A stretch of 63,992 bases of DNA, filler included, from Folioceros fuciformis (lineage: Eukaryota): the NCBI GenBank assembly GCA_049999805.1. It is 4 parts of 3 records of this genome, joined end to end, with 100 filler letters (N's around TTAATTAATTAA, not from the genome) between each part and the next. Parts side by side here need not be neighbours in the genome. Positions count along the whole stretch, not along the records: positions 1 to 29,334 come from JBNGIO010005633.1; 3 more parts are not named here. One strand, written 5' to 3'. Below are positions 1-13,700 of the stretch, one piece after another (the first letter of the stretch is position 1; every line of letters begins with the position of its first letter). The notes below the pieces were generated by a model. That model was not told the DNA's origin. It saw nothing but the letters and a program-made list of their open reading frames with translations, and searched no databases. The position numbers and the translations under genes are program-made.

Positions 1-2506
1 CAAGGGAACAATCCCATAACAATTCTCACAAGAATTGGGCGCCTCCATAGTGTGATTAAGGGAGGGTCACTACCCATGGAAATTGGGTATCCCGTGCTAG
101 GGAACAGGGTAGGACAAGTCTCTCCGAAATTCTTAGTGAAAGGAGACAGTTTTTGCATTGGGAGAATCCTAACAACCAAATTGCAGCACGGGAACAACAT
201 GGCCTTACTTTGCCCAGGCAAGGAGATGCGCCTCCCTATATCAATCCCAGAGTAATAGTTCATTGCTTCCATGAGATCAATGAAAGGATCGATGCTGTAA
301 CCTGTATGCTTGAGAGCCTGCAGCAATTGAGGGAGGAAACCCTAAATGTTTGGAGGCCATAGACGCCTCCACCACCCGAAAACTATAACGGTAAAACTTG
401 AATGCTACATCGCTTCGAGCCACAAGACACACCTGCCAGAGAAGGTCACATCTGTTGGTGGTGAATTGGCTTCATGTGAAGCTTGATAACCATGCAGGTT
501 ATAAAATAACTAACTAAGTGGCGCTAAAATACCTAGAAGGTTGTTGTTGTAGCTAGTGTTGTGAGTAAGTGAGTGTTGTGAGTGTTGTGTAGCCACAGTC
601 CACCTACAGGCACAATAGGGCAGGTATTAAAACACTTCTTCCGCTGCAATGGCTACTAACACAGCCAACATATCACGAGTTGATTACATAGATCGATTCA
701 ACGAAACTAAGTATGACATCTGAAGAATAAGAATGAAGACTACTTTTGAGTTTAAAGAGATATGGTAGTATGTGGATGGCACATTACCTCTTCCCATAGT
801 TGTTGTAGCCACAAGTAATACACCAGTTGTCACTCAGGCTGATGTTGACGGATGGAACCGTGGAGATAAAACAACTAAGCATCTTATCATCAATGCCCTA
901 GACAAGAGCATGATGGATCATGCTACAGGTTATGACACATCCCGGAAATCTGGGATGGCCTGGCTAATCTCTATCAAGTACAAAATGTCATGACCCTTGT
1001 AAAAGCAAGGATGAATTTTCAGTCCTTGCGATTGAAAGAAAAGAGAGTGTTTCGGCTTACCTAGGCAAATTTATGTATCTTCGTTCACAGCTATCACTCC
1101 TTGGGTCTAAGATGACCAAGCTGGATGCAGTTGCACAATTGCTGGCCAGTCTCCCTCAAAGCTCAGAGAGTTTTGTTTCACAACAAAACGAGCCTCTCTA
1201 GACAGCTTTGGCTGCAGTTGCAACTAGTGGAGCTTCAACACTCACAGTTGCAGCTCTCTCTGCTTCAATGCTACAAGAAGAGACCAAGAGAAGAGTGAAC
1301 ATAGCATCATCTTCTATTGCAAATTCTGACAAGGTTCTCATGGCAGAAAGGAAGCCAAGATGGAATAAGAAAGGAGGGCAGGGTAAGCTTGCCAACAGTA
1401 GCTACAACAAAGGTGATAAGAAGAAAAGGAAGGGAGCTTGTAACTGGTGTAAACTTGAAGGGCATTGGGAGCCGGATTGCTGTAAGAAAAGGATAGGTGA
1501 ACCCTGCAAAACCAAGCCTCATGAGACACATGTTGTTGAATCGACAAGCACGACTGTACCTTCAATCATGACAGTCTGCTTCCTTTCCACTCGTACATCA
1601 CCTTCCTTGTGGTACTTGGACTTAGGAGCATCTGCGCACATATGCAACAATAGGAGTTGCTTCACAACATTTGCTGCTGATTCCTTAGGGCAAGTTGTTG
1701 TTGTGGCTAATGATCGATTAGTTGCCGTGAAAGGCAAAGGGATTATGATCTTGCACACATTTGTAGGAACAAATGTACACTTGAGAGATGTTCTTTATGT
1801 ACCCTGTATGACTAAGAATCTGGTGTTAGTGAAGGCCCTTACCACTAATAATAGTGTCACGCTCCTGTTCACAAGAAAGGGCTGTACATTCTAGAACTCT
1901 TACCTGTAGGCTCTTCATCAGCTTAGCCGAGTGGATGTAGGGTTGATTGCATGGCAGACTCTATCTCCTCAAGAACCCTCTTGTGGCATATGCGCTTTGG
2001 CCACATGAATCTCCCTAAACTTCTACATCACACACAAGCTAATTATTGTAGAACACTTGAAGGACTCCCTAAACTAGGGAAATAGCTGCAAGTTTGTGAG
2101 GCTTGTGTCATGGAAAAGCACAAGCAGCTACCCTTCAATAACACCAAACCCACACGGGCAACCAATTTGTAAGAATTGCTGTATGCAGATATATGTGGGC
2201 CATTAAGTGTACCCTCCCTTGGTGGAGCACAATATTACCTAGTCATTGTTGATGACTATAGTAGGTTAACACACACATATCCACTGACGATGAAAAGTGA
2301 TGCATTCAGCACCTTCCAAGATTATAAAATAATGGCTGAATCTTAGACAGTGTCTAAGGCTTTTGCTTGCGGACAAACAATGGGGGAGAGTTCAGTTCAA
2401 ATGAATTCAAGGATTGGTGTAAGGCTCTAGGGATTATGCATCAATACACTGTACCTTACACATCCCAACAGAATGAGGTAGCAGAGAAGAAAATTGGGGA
2501 CATAGC

Positions 2507-3619
2507 TGATAGAATAAATAATCAATTAGGGCACTACTCATTAAGGTGCCTGTAAATCCTAGAATTAGGGATAATTTACTTCTAGGATTAAGATAGTTAT
2601 CTATGCAATTACGCAAGTAGTTAGTTGTTATATTTGTTACAACAACCTTGTAACCACTTTGTAACGGCTTGTGTTATAAGAGCACCTACTCTGATACCAT
2701 GATGAGAATCAAAAATTGCTCTCTTGCACACAAGAACTTACATTATGAACTTACAGAGCCACCACGAATTTCTGTTTTCTCTCATAGCAGACTTGGGCCC
2801 CAGAATTCGCAGCAAACTCCAGCGATCCCGTGCGATGGATGTGCACAAACCAGTAGGGGATAGCGGCGCCCAGATTCGTGCTCGGAATTTGCCTTCCACA
2901 CGGCCAGATTTTGCACAGATGTGCGCCAAAATTGGGTGTTGGTTTTGTTCCTACGCGGTCAGCAATCTAGCGCAATTTTGCCAAATTTCAGCAATTTAGG
3001 TGCGGCCAGGCATCGTGTATAGGTGCGCGCCTCACCGGCTCACTCCCGTGGCTCAAAATCGGGTCGCGATCCCCTCCACGTGCGCCCATTCTTTTTTTCT
3101 CCACTTGCCGCGTTCGGTCCTACCACACACAACACTACTTTTTGTTAAGTGCCCGTTTCATGTTGCAACCACTGAAACAGGACTTCCTACCCGTTTTTTT
3201 TAGGGCCTTCTTAGGTTCAGCTTTTCTTTTCCCTTATTTATTTCTTTTGGGTATTAATATACATATAACTGAAAAAAAGGGGAACGAGGAGGGGATAATA
3301 TATGCTCATTATAAAATAGCTTTAGGCTACAATATTATCCTAAAATTTACCATCCCCTTATTTCATAGTGAGTGGGAGTGATGGAATAAATAATCAATTA
3401 GGGCACTACTCATTAGGGTGCCCGTAAATCCTAGAATTAGGGATAATTTACTTCTAGGATTTGAGATAGTTATTTAATGCGGTTACGCGAGTAGTTATTT
3501 GTTAGATTTGTTACAACAACCTTGTAACCACTTTGTAACCGCTTGTGTTATAAGAGCACCTACTCTAGCACTATAATGTAAGTTCTTCTGTGCAAGAGAG
3601 CAATTTATGATTCTCATCA
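2507..3619 (+). mobile_element. TRIM-like non-autonomous LTR retrotransposon inserted in the Copia integrase
   Basis: TG...CA ends, TSD ATAGC (2502-2506 and 3620-3624), direct LTRs starting at 2507 and 3379, PPT AGTGAGTGGGAG 3367-3378, iMet PBS present but inverted, non-coding interior. Confidence 0.9.
3379..3619 (+). repeat. Intact 3' LTR of the TRIM (241 bp)
   Basis: Near-identical to 2507-2692; its last ~50 bp match the reverse complement of 2700-2747. Confidence 0.9.
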
Positions 3620-6600
3620 ATAGCAAGTGTTGCAAGGACCATGCTCCATGCCTCCTATCTTCCAATGCCCCACTGGGCTGAGGCTACAGTCATAGCCACC
3701 TACCTGATGAACAGGATGCACCCATCAGCCATATCCTTAAGAACAACACCATTTGAGTTATGGTACAAGAGAAAACCTGGAGTGGCACACCTCAGAGGTT
3801 TTGGATGTCCAGCTTGGGCCCTTGTTCCCCTTCAAGGCAGGCCTAAGCTAGCTGACAAGGCAACCCGACATATATTTGTCGATTATGGAGATCAGGTGAA
3901 GGCTTATAGACTGTATTGACCCTCCACTTGCCAACTAACATATGCTAGAGGTGTTGTCTTCAACGAAGCTTCTATCATTGAGCGGGCAGTGGGAGTAGTA
4001 GGAGTCTTTGCAGCAAATGGAGATACCGACCAGGCCTCACAAGAATCAATTATGGACGAAAATCCAGACTTAGGAGGTGGCAGTTCACACACGTACCCAA
4101 AGGACGATAATGATGAGGACGACTCCTGATCCCTATGCTGGTTTTCAATTGCCAACTCTAGGAGTGCTCTCAGGTTTCCGACATCCGTACATTGATCACA
4201 CACGTGACCCAGGACATCGTAACATAGGCCTATACCCCCTTGCCAATGCACCAGTAGATTATGTAGACGATGAGGAGGAGCTGCAGGACATTACAGCATG
4301 GCCACATTTGACCCATGCTCCCGTGCCTGCAGGACAAGACCTGCATCGCAATCATGGGCAAGGAGTCAACCATGGCCAAGGATGGCCGGCAGAAGGCTTG
4401 CGTCCGTCCTACAGGTAACCGCTATCTCCAGATGGTCAGACCGGGCGAGGCTCCGTTGTGCTCAGCTCACCTCTGGCTGGCCATGCCAGCCCTAGAAGGT
4501 GGGCGCACGATGATTCTTATAAAGGATTGGCGGCAGATCCCGTGGTGCAGGCAAGTGGTGGCGCGAGTGAACGAGCGTGGCTTGGGACACGTACAAGGGC
4601 ACAGCGGGAAACAGCGGGTGAACGGGGTGATGTGGAACCTGGAGCGCGGGATGAAGCGCGGGCTGAAGATGTGGTTGGGCCAGCGCCTCCCCGTCGCTCA
4701 TCTACACAGGAGCTTGGGGCTCCCGTTCGTTGGTCACCGGAACCTCCCGTATCCAGACCACGTACACGTACACGGGCACTAATGGATATTTTAGCTAATA
4801 CTAATGCTAGAAATATGATCGATAATGCAGAAATGGCTGAAGAAAATATAGAAGATAATTCTATTCATGCTGGTTTCACTAATTCACCTTCAACTAATCC
4901 TAGGGCTCTCCTTGCATATGCTCTTCTGACAGTTGATGGTGAACCTGCTACCTATTGAGAGGCCTTGGATGGACTTAATGGTGCTGCTGGAAAGTGGCAA
5001 TAGAAATTGAGTACAATTCTTTGCTTAAAAATCATACATGGGATTTAGTTTCACTTCCTCCTGGTAGTAAACCCATACTTTGCTAGTGGGTCTTTAAGAC
5101 CAAATTAAATGTTGATGGTTGTATTGAACGTTATAAAGCTAGGCTAGTTGCTAAGGGCTATAGCCAAGTAGCTGGCGTCAATTACCAGGAGACTTTCTCG
5201 CCGATAGTTAAGACCCAATCCTTAAGGGTCCTTTTAGCTTTATCCGCATAGTTGAACTTAGAAATCCATCAGATGGATGTCTGCACTGCATTCTTGTATG
5301 GAGAACTTGAGCTGAAAATATATATGCAGCAACCTGAGGGTTATGAAGATGTTAATGTGGAGTTAGTTTGTAAGCTACTAAAGTGCCTTTATGGTTTAAA
5401 ACAAAGTGCTAACAAATGGTTTTATAAGTGTGATGGTCGTCTTAAGCTTATTGGCTTTACTCTAAGCCATGTTGATACTAATGTTTATTGTCTAGCTGAC
5501 GGCTCCAACTTTATCATTTTAGCTTTACATGTTGATGACATATGTATGTTTGGTACTAGTATGAAGTTAATTAACTCTATTAAGGATATGCTTCAGGCCA
5601 AATTTGATATGAAGGATATTGGGGTTCTTCGATGGTGTCTCAGGATTCAGATTCTTCGAGATTGACCTAATGGCCGAATATTTATGCATCAACAAAAATA
5701 TGTAAGAAAAATCTTAACTTGTTTTAATATGCAAATAGCTAGGCCTGTATCTACTCCAGGGGCAATTGGTATTCGGTTATCTTCTGAGGATTGCCCACAA
5801 TCTGATGTTGAGCGTGAGGATATGCTTACTATCCCTTAAGCTGCTTGTGTGGGTTGTCTCCTCTATTTGGCTAATTGGACTATGCCAGATATCATGTATT
5901 CTGTTAATGCTACTGCTCAATACCTTCAAAACCCGGGCAGGAAGCACTGGATAGCAGTGAAGAGGATCCTGAGGTATGTGAGTGGTACCTCAACATATGG
6001 CATGTGCTACACTTCTACAAGTCGAAAAGAGTTCGAGCTATCTGGATATGTAGATGCTGATTGGGCCTCTGACGCCAACCCGCGGAAAAGTATTTCCGCA
6101 TACTGTTTTATGTTAGCTGGCGCCTCCGTAAGCTGGAGATGTAAGAAGCAAACAAGTCTCGCTTTGAGTTCAACAGAGGCGGAGTATAAAGCTCTTACTA
6201 AAGCAGGTAAAGAGGCTGAGTAGGAGCGTTCTCTTCTAAGTGATATAAAATGGCCCTAGCCTCAGCCTACATTGCTTAATTGTGATAACATGTCAGCTAT
6301 AGCTTTAGTCGCTAATCCTGTTATCATGCTTGTACTAAGCACATTGAGCTATATCACCATTATATATGCGAGGTTACTTCACAAGGAGTGGTGGTAGTGG
6401 CTTATGTAAATACCGAGGATAATATTTCCGATATTTTACCAAGTCTCTTCCGACTTATAAACACAATAAACATACAGAAGAACTTGGAGTAATTGATGGT
6501 AGTCATATCATCACTTTAGCAAGATGAAGAGGCCAAGTCAACGACAAAAAATAGTACTTTCCAAGCTTAAGTAAGGAGCTGCTAGGTGGTGAGAGTAGCT

Positions 6601-6683
6601 AAAGCTAATATGAATTAGATCCAATTGTCAAGTCAATTAGGAGTCCTTAAAGCAACCTTAGTGTGCCTAGAGCTCAGTGGGAG

Positions 6684-7138
6684 TGTGAAAGAGTGCATCT
6701 CTAGTCCACTAAATTAAGCATAGGATTTGGGACGTTTAGTAAAATACATGAGATAGTTTTTGTTGTATTTTCTAGTTACTTCAATTATGAAAAGCATTAT
6801 GTGCAAGTCTTGTACGACTTTTGCGTTGTCACTCTATTCTAGCTTCTCCTGGTTGTGCTGGTGTTTGGTTTTCCTATGCCTTCGACAGTCGTGGCCTGGA
6901 TTGCATGCATGTCTCCTAAACAAGAAAGTACGGTTCGACTACTCTCTACCCCACCGAGACCACAGGTCAGGAGACTGGCTGTAACGTCTATAGCTCGTCG
7001 ATCCAACATCCGTGCGCATCAGATTCTGAGTTTAATAGTTATATTTCTTCATGTGATAAGGTTTTTAATTACATTATTGCTGATTCCCTCGGGTCTGAAA
7101 GGTCAAATATTCTTCTACGTCAAACGTGTTTCTCAACA
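6684..7138 (+). repeat. Probable 3' LTR of the Copia element
   Basis: Purine tract AGTGGGAG then TGTGAAAG, ending ...TCTCAACA; no matching 5' LTR seen, and a second PPT+TG at 7157-7169 makes the boundaries uncertain. Confidence 0.35.
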
Positions 7139-7764
7139 AGCGATGAGCATCTCTACGGAAGGGGGAGTGTCGAAGTGAAAGCAAGGCCACTTGGTTTTTC
7201 TCTATTAAAAAATGCAAAAGTATCTGAAAATTCAGCCCGAAGGCTAGGCTTCCTCCACAAGGGCAGCTTCTAGCAGAGCCCACTGAGACAAAACATTCCA
7301 AACCCATTTTCGGGTAGTGGAGCCTAGGCTCACTATGTTGCTGCTATCAAGAATTCACGGAAGGAGAGGTTTTCAAGACGCAAGAGGGTGGGCAGGTTGA
7401 CACCACACAAGGAGCTTGCTCGATATGTCACGAGGGCCTGAGGGCCAGCCTGATAACGAGCTGAAGAACCATCAGGAGGGCACAGAGTCCTGCCGGGACT
7501 GGCAGTTTCATCCAACTTGAATTCTCGAGATGGAGTGTCTACCACACTTCTGTGAGCGAGAAGAAGAAAGATACATGCTTCGACGCATCAACAAACTTCC
7601 TGGATGGTAAAGGTTCTGGCTACAACTGATACACCAGCTCATCCTAAACCCTAACAGTATACAGCATAACATCCGCCACCTTGAACGTCCATTGCGTCAA
7701 GAATGATTGTGTCAGAACTTGAAGGACTTCTCCCGCCTTCAGCCTTGCCTATCAGGTGCCGTTG

Positions 7765-8464
<700 letters not shown>

Positions 8465-8639
8465 GCTTGCGATCTAAGTTTGCGGAAACAGCAGCTCAGG
8501 AATCAGTTCTCAACAGGACGCTGCATTCTATGCCCGTTGTCGCCAGGAAAATTGTAGATAGTCCAATGCCCGACAGTATCACTAAGGACGCTTCAGGTCG
8601 GTCGATGAGCGGACATATTTAGACAAAAAACAGTAGGTT

Positions 8640-10560
8640 ATTGGAGGTGGATCATATTCGAGCAAAGAATTTTCCTACGACAGAGGCATCCACCAAGACA
8701 AAGACCACGCTCTTGGGTAGCTGATGCTCCAGCTGTTTCGATTGCCCCAACTTCCGGCAGATGGACTGTTCCTGATAGAACGATCGGATTAGTGATGCCA
8801 TGATGTGCTTGAGTCTTCAGCAGGAGGTACAGCAAGGAATTTTACGTTGCATTTTTTATTTTCAGGTAGTTAGAAGCCGTGAAAGTTCACGAGCAGCTAT
8901 GCAGCCTGCAGCTGTATACATCAGCACATGTTAAAAGCATCGAGCATGCCATTTGGGGCTTGCTCGATCCCCTCACAGAGATGCTACCTTTAATTTCAGC
9001 ACGTCATGCTACGCCAAAGATCTGAACAGAGTGCCATTTTGCAGCATGTCCTATGAAAATAGATTTGAGGTAACAGAAGCCGATTTCGGGGCCTGGACTT
9101 TCACCCCTCACCAAGCCTGTTCCATGCAAACCGAAAGAGCACCATATGCCCACGAGCCAACAGTACAGCAGGTTCTCATCTGCTACGACTCACCGTACTT
9201 AAAGCAAACAGCTCGTCCCCGGATAGATTGAAGTGACAACCATCCTGCGGCAAGGAGGATAGGATATCACGTCATGTACATGGTATGCCACAGCATTCTC
9301 CCGATCACCAAGGAAAAGAGAGTGAAAAAATGCGACTGGAATTCGAAAAGCCACATCTGGACAGATAAGCCAAGTACGATCGTGTCGAACACCTCCACGG
9401 GATGCCCGCATTCCGAAGTCACAAACACGGGAGCCTGAGCAGCTTCCTACTGTCTAATCCCGAGCATACAGTCGGAGCAGCATTCAAAAGCTGCAGAAAG
9501 TATCTCCTTCTCCTTGCACCGGGAAAGATGCGTGTACCTGCTCGTCATGGAAAGCTAGTCCATTACCTGTCCTGATACATGGACTCCAATTTTCTCAGCC
9601 CCTGACTTACAGCATTGGAAGAAAGAACAATTCCCTCAAAAAATGCGCTGGATTGCTGATAGCTCCTCCTCATGTTGCTCCAGAATTCCCGAACCCTCCT
9701 ATCCCTCTTCATCACAGAAAGGTTTGTCCACATAACGGCATTTGGTTTGGCCACCCTGGTGAACACATCCATGGCCTACTCTAGCCTAGCTCGACATGCA
9801 TACATTCGCAGGGTATGGTTCCCCAAGTGTGCATCCGACAAGACCCGAATTTGACATTGAGGCTATGAACTAATCGACCCACGACCAGATCCTTCCTAAC
9901 TGTGCACAGTTTGTGCACAGTGTCAGCCAGAGACTTAGGAATAGCAGAGACCATCTCCGCCAAAGCCTCCAGGGCTCGCACGGCCTCAGCACGCTCCCCC
10001 TTCTGATGTAACGTGCTCACTGTTACAGCCATAACCACGGCCATTTCCTATACTTCACACCTGCCATGCTTAGCCTTATCCAGGGAGCTGGACCTGGAAG
10101 GACAGGGACCAAACTCATCTGCATATCCAAGGGAACACGACCTGTTCATCAATCCGAGCTGACTCCAACATGCTGCTTAACCACAGCACCTCACCAGACC
10201 CCTTCAGCTTGAAGCCAGGCGATCGGGAGCTCGTCTTTACCTGGCCTGTCGCCCCGTCACATGGTAAAGAGCACGCCTCCCAGGTTCAGTATGATCCAGG
10301 AGAGCTCCACTTGGGAAGGAGAGGCAGCATAACATATCTGCAGAGCGAAGAGAACGAAAGCTCGTCTATTGTCCCAGCACATGGGAGGGCCCAAAAGTGA
10401 ATGTTGCCGCCAGAGGTCCAGCTCCTTCTTGTGCTCTTGCTTGTGCCAACGGCCATGGCGCATAACCGATCCCACCCACGCATAGCTGCACAATGAACAA
10501 GAGGACATGTTGCCTGTGCCAATAGTGCAATTATTCCACAAGTTGGGTTGCTTCCGCCCA
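8640..10560 (-). pseudogene. Heavily decayed PLS-type PPR gene remnants
   Basis: Fragments such as MDVFTRVAKPNAVMWTNL and KLCTVRKDLVVGRLVHSL plus E-domain-like pieces, scattered across frames with stops. Confidence 0.5.
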
Positions 10561-10770
10561 TCCTAGTTTGTGCCCCACGCTAGCGGTAGTAAATTTTTGC
10601 GAACAGCAGCTTAGAATGCAACTAGCTCACTGTAGTGTGAAGGACATACGTCTCAAAGATATATGACAATATCAGCTGCATGCAATTCGGGGGTCTTCAT
10701 AGTGCCATTGGATCACTTTTGAGAATCAGTTCTGCGCGATTTGCAGTCATTTCTGCGTTGTTGACCGGCG

Positions 10771-13700
10771 ATGGAGGCTGGGCAGGGCCGTCAAGATGAA
10801 GATCCTGAGCGCAAGAAGAAGAAGGAGGAGAAGGTGCGGCCGCTATCTGCTGCTAACCTGTCGCAGAGCCGCCATTTGTGTTGTGTTTAGGGGGCAGGAT
10901 CTTGCCGCCCTGTCTGATTCAGATTCCAACATTTTCTACAGGCCAGGGAGAAGGAGTTGAAGAAGCAGAAAGCTGCTCAGAAGGCAGAGGCAGCAAAAGC
11001 TGCCAAGGCCGCACCAGATGGGCCAGGGAAGAAGAAGGATGCTAAGGCCAAGCGGCCTGCAGAAGAGGTGGCTGATCCTCCCACGCCAGCTGGCCAGAAG
11101 AAGCAGCTGGCGGCTCTCATGGCCCCGTCCTACAGCCCTAAGGCTGTGGAGAGGAGGTCAGCTTTGGCATGCAGCTCTAGTGATGCAACTTGTAGCTGCT
11201 CGCCTTCTGTTGTGGTTCTCATTCTTCGGTTGTTGATGCAGCTGGTATGAGTGGTGGGAGGAATCGGGATTTTTTGTGGCCGACAACACGAGTACCAAGC
11301 CGCCGTTTGTGATTGTAAGCATTTTTCTCACTTCTGCTTCGTAGGCTGTGGAAGCAAGGATGTGGCTCAGCCCAAGTGTGGGTCCTACTGTAGGTAGTGC
11401 CCCCGCCAAACGTGACTGGTGCCCTGCACATTGGTCATGCCTTAACTGCTGCCATCCAGGTAAGAGATGATACCTTCTGGTTGGCGACTGAAGCATTACC
11501 GGAGGGCTCACTGGTTCACCGAGTTCTTTTCTGTTCTCTTAGGATTCCGTGGTCAGATGGCACAGAATGAGAGGTTACAATACTCTTTGGGTTCCAGGCA
11601 TGGATCATGCTGGCATTGCAACGCAGGTATCAACGTTCGCATTGCTCCTGCTGGTTCCACCATTGAAGTGTCGGCTTTCAGGGTTTAAGTTCTGTAGTTT
11701 CAGGGTTAGTGTAGGGTTTCAGGGTTTAAGGGATGTCAGGGCAAGGTACCGTGTCCAACTTTCTGCACCGTGACTACTGCAGGTAGTTGTGGAGAAGAAG
11801 ATCATGAGAGAAAGTAATCTGACAAGGCATGACATTGGTAGGGAAAAGTTCGAGGCAAAGGTACTCAGCTTGTGAACTGTGATACCCCGTGACCTGAAAA
11901 AGGGAATGTTTCCTGAAATATCGTTTGAGGCAGGTATGGGAATGGAAGAAGCAATATGGTGACACCATCTCGAGACAGCAAAGGAAAGTGGGGGCCTCGC
12001 TTGACTGGTCTAGAGAAGTATGTCTCTTGCATACCATCTCGTCATATATGTCATTGGTAGCCAGTGGTTTTGGAGAGTGATACGCCGGAGCATGTTGCAG
12101 TGTTTTACAATGGATGACAAGTTGTCCAATGCTGTAACCGAAGCATTTGTACGCCTGTATGACGAGGGCCTGATCTACAGGTTAGTATTGTCACCTTTAA
12201 ATCAGCGCCAAATGTCCTTCCGCACTATGTATGTATTCTTTCACTGCTTGTGCCTGACAAAAATGCACTGCAGGGATGATCGCCTCGTAAACTGGGATTG
12301 TACCCTTAAAACCGCAATCTCGGATATAGAGGTACCTCATTGCAGCATTTTCAAACAACACTCTCCTTACTGCGCTGACTTTCTCTCTATACGTGTATAT
12401 CTTCAAGGTGGACACGCATTTTGATCCAAATAACCCCCTGGGGCTGACCATTTTGGACCCTCCATCAGGTGGAGTATAAGGAACTAGAGAAGAGAGACGC
12501 AATTAAGGTACCAGGTTATGATGAGAGAGTGGAATTTGGTATCATCACATCTTTCGCATATCCGTTGGAAGGTGGGACTGGGGAAATTGTAGTAGCAACC
12601 ACTCGACCAGAAACTATGCTTGGTGATACAGCGGTAGCAGTTCATCCAAATGATGATAGGTATCGACATTTGCATGGCAAATTTCTCATCCACCCGTTCA
12701 ACGGGAGAAGAATCCCAATTATTTTAGATGCTGAGCTAGTGGACATGGCATTTGGAACTGGTGCGGTGAAGGTGGGTTTAGAATTAATTGCACCCGCGGT
12801 TTACTGGTTGTACGGCTGTTGGGATTTTTGACCCTTCATGCTGAGCATGTGACTTCATGTTTGTTCTTGGGTTTCTCCAGATCACCCCAGCGCATGATCC
12901 AAACGACTATGAGGTCGGTAAGCGGCACAACTTGGAGTTCATCAACATCTTTACAGATGACGGCAAGATCAACAGCAGTGGGGGACAAGAATTTGAAGGC
13001 CTAAAGCGGTTTGATGCTCGAATGAAAGTCCTCAAAGCATTGGAATCGAAGGTGGGGCATGGCATCCTTTTTGATGTGGTGTATGAGGATGGCAAAGGGG
13101 GTTTTGCACTTTGAGTGAGTTTGAGCTCTGGGTTCTCGGAAATTGATGAGGTTTGGATGTGGATCACAGGGACTTTATAGAGGAGTTGCAGACAATCCTA
13201 TGAAGCTTGGAATATGTTCCAGAAGCAATGATGTTGTGGAGCCCTTGGTCAAACCGCAGTGGTATGTTGACTGCCAGCAAATGGCTACGGACGCTAGCAA
13301 CGCGGTCAAGGAAGGCAAACTCAAAATCCTACCAAAGCTGTTTGAGGACACCTGGCATGCGTAAGTTATCCAAGTTGGTGCTTGATTGAATGTGTAGATG
13401 TGGACTGGTTTGCACATGCTGGATTGTGCAGGCAGGTAACTGAACACCAAAGGGAGCCTATGTTGACTTCGTTGTATAGTAGCTAGTAGCACCGATTTGC
13501 ATGACTGGAGATTGTTTTGGCGGATCGATCTGGTAGTGTGCTATTTCACAGGAGATAATTCTGGCGATCAATCTGGTAGTGCACTGTTTAACTCAAAGTG
13601 GAATTTCTTGCAGAAATTGAAACACCTCGTTCGCAATCTTGCAGATGGCTCAGGAACATTCGGCCTTGGTGCATATCGAGGCAGTTGTGGTGGGGTCATC

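Larger units (their letters stand above)
649..6530 (+). mobile_element. Degenerate Ty1/Copia gag-pol (gag, protease, integrase, RT, RNase H), interrupted by a TRIM
   Basis: Zinc knuckle CNWCKLEGHWEPDC, protease WYLDLGASAH, integrase RTNNGGEF..F..QQNEVAE, RT HQMDVCTAFLYG and ALHVDD, RNase H GYVDADWA..SWRCKKQ..ALSSTEAEY, in Copia order (INT before RT); many stops and frameshifts. Confidence 0.95.

Noticed and set aside
1-450. Short ORFs, possible gag remnant
   Set aside because: No convincing motif; left unassigned
7300-7700. Possible PPR E/DYW remnant
   Set aside because: Similarity too faint to support
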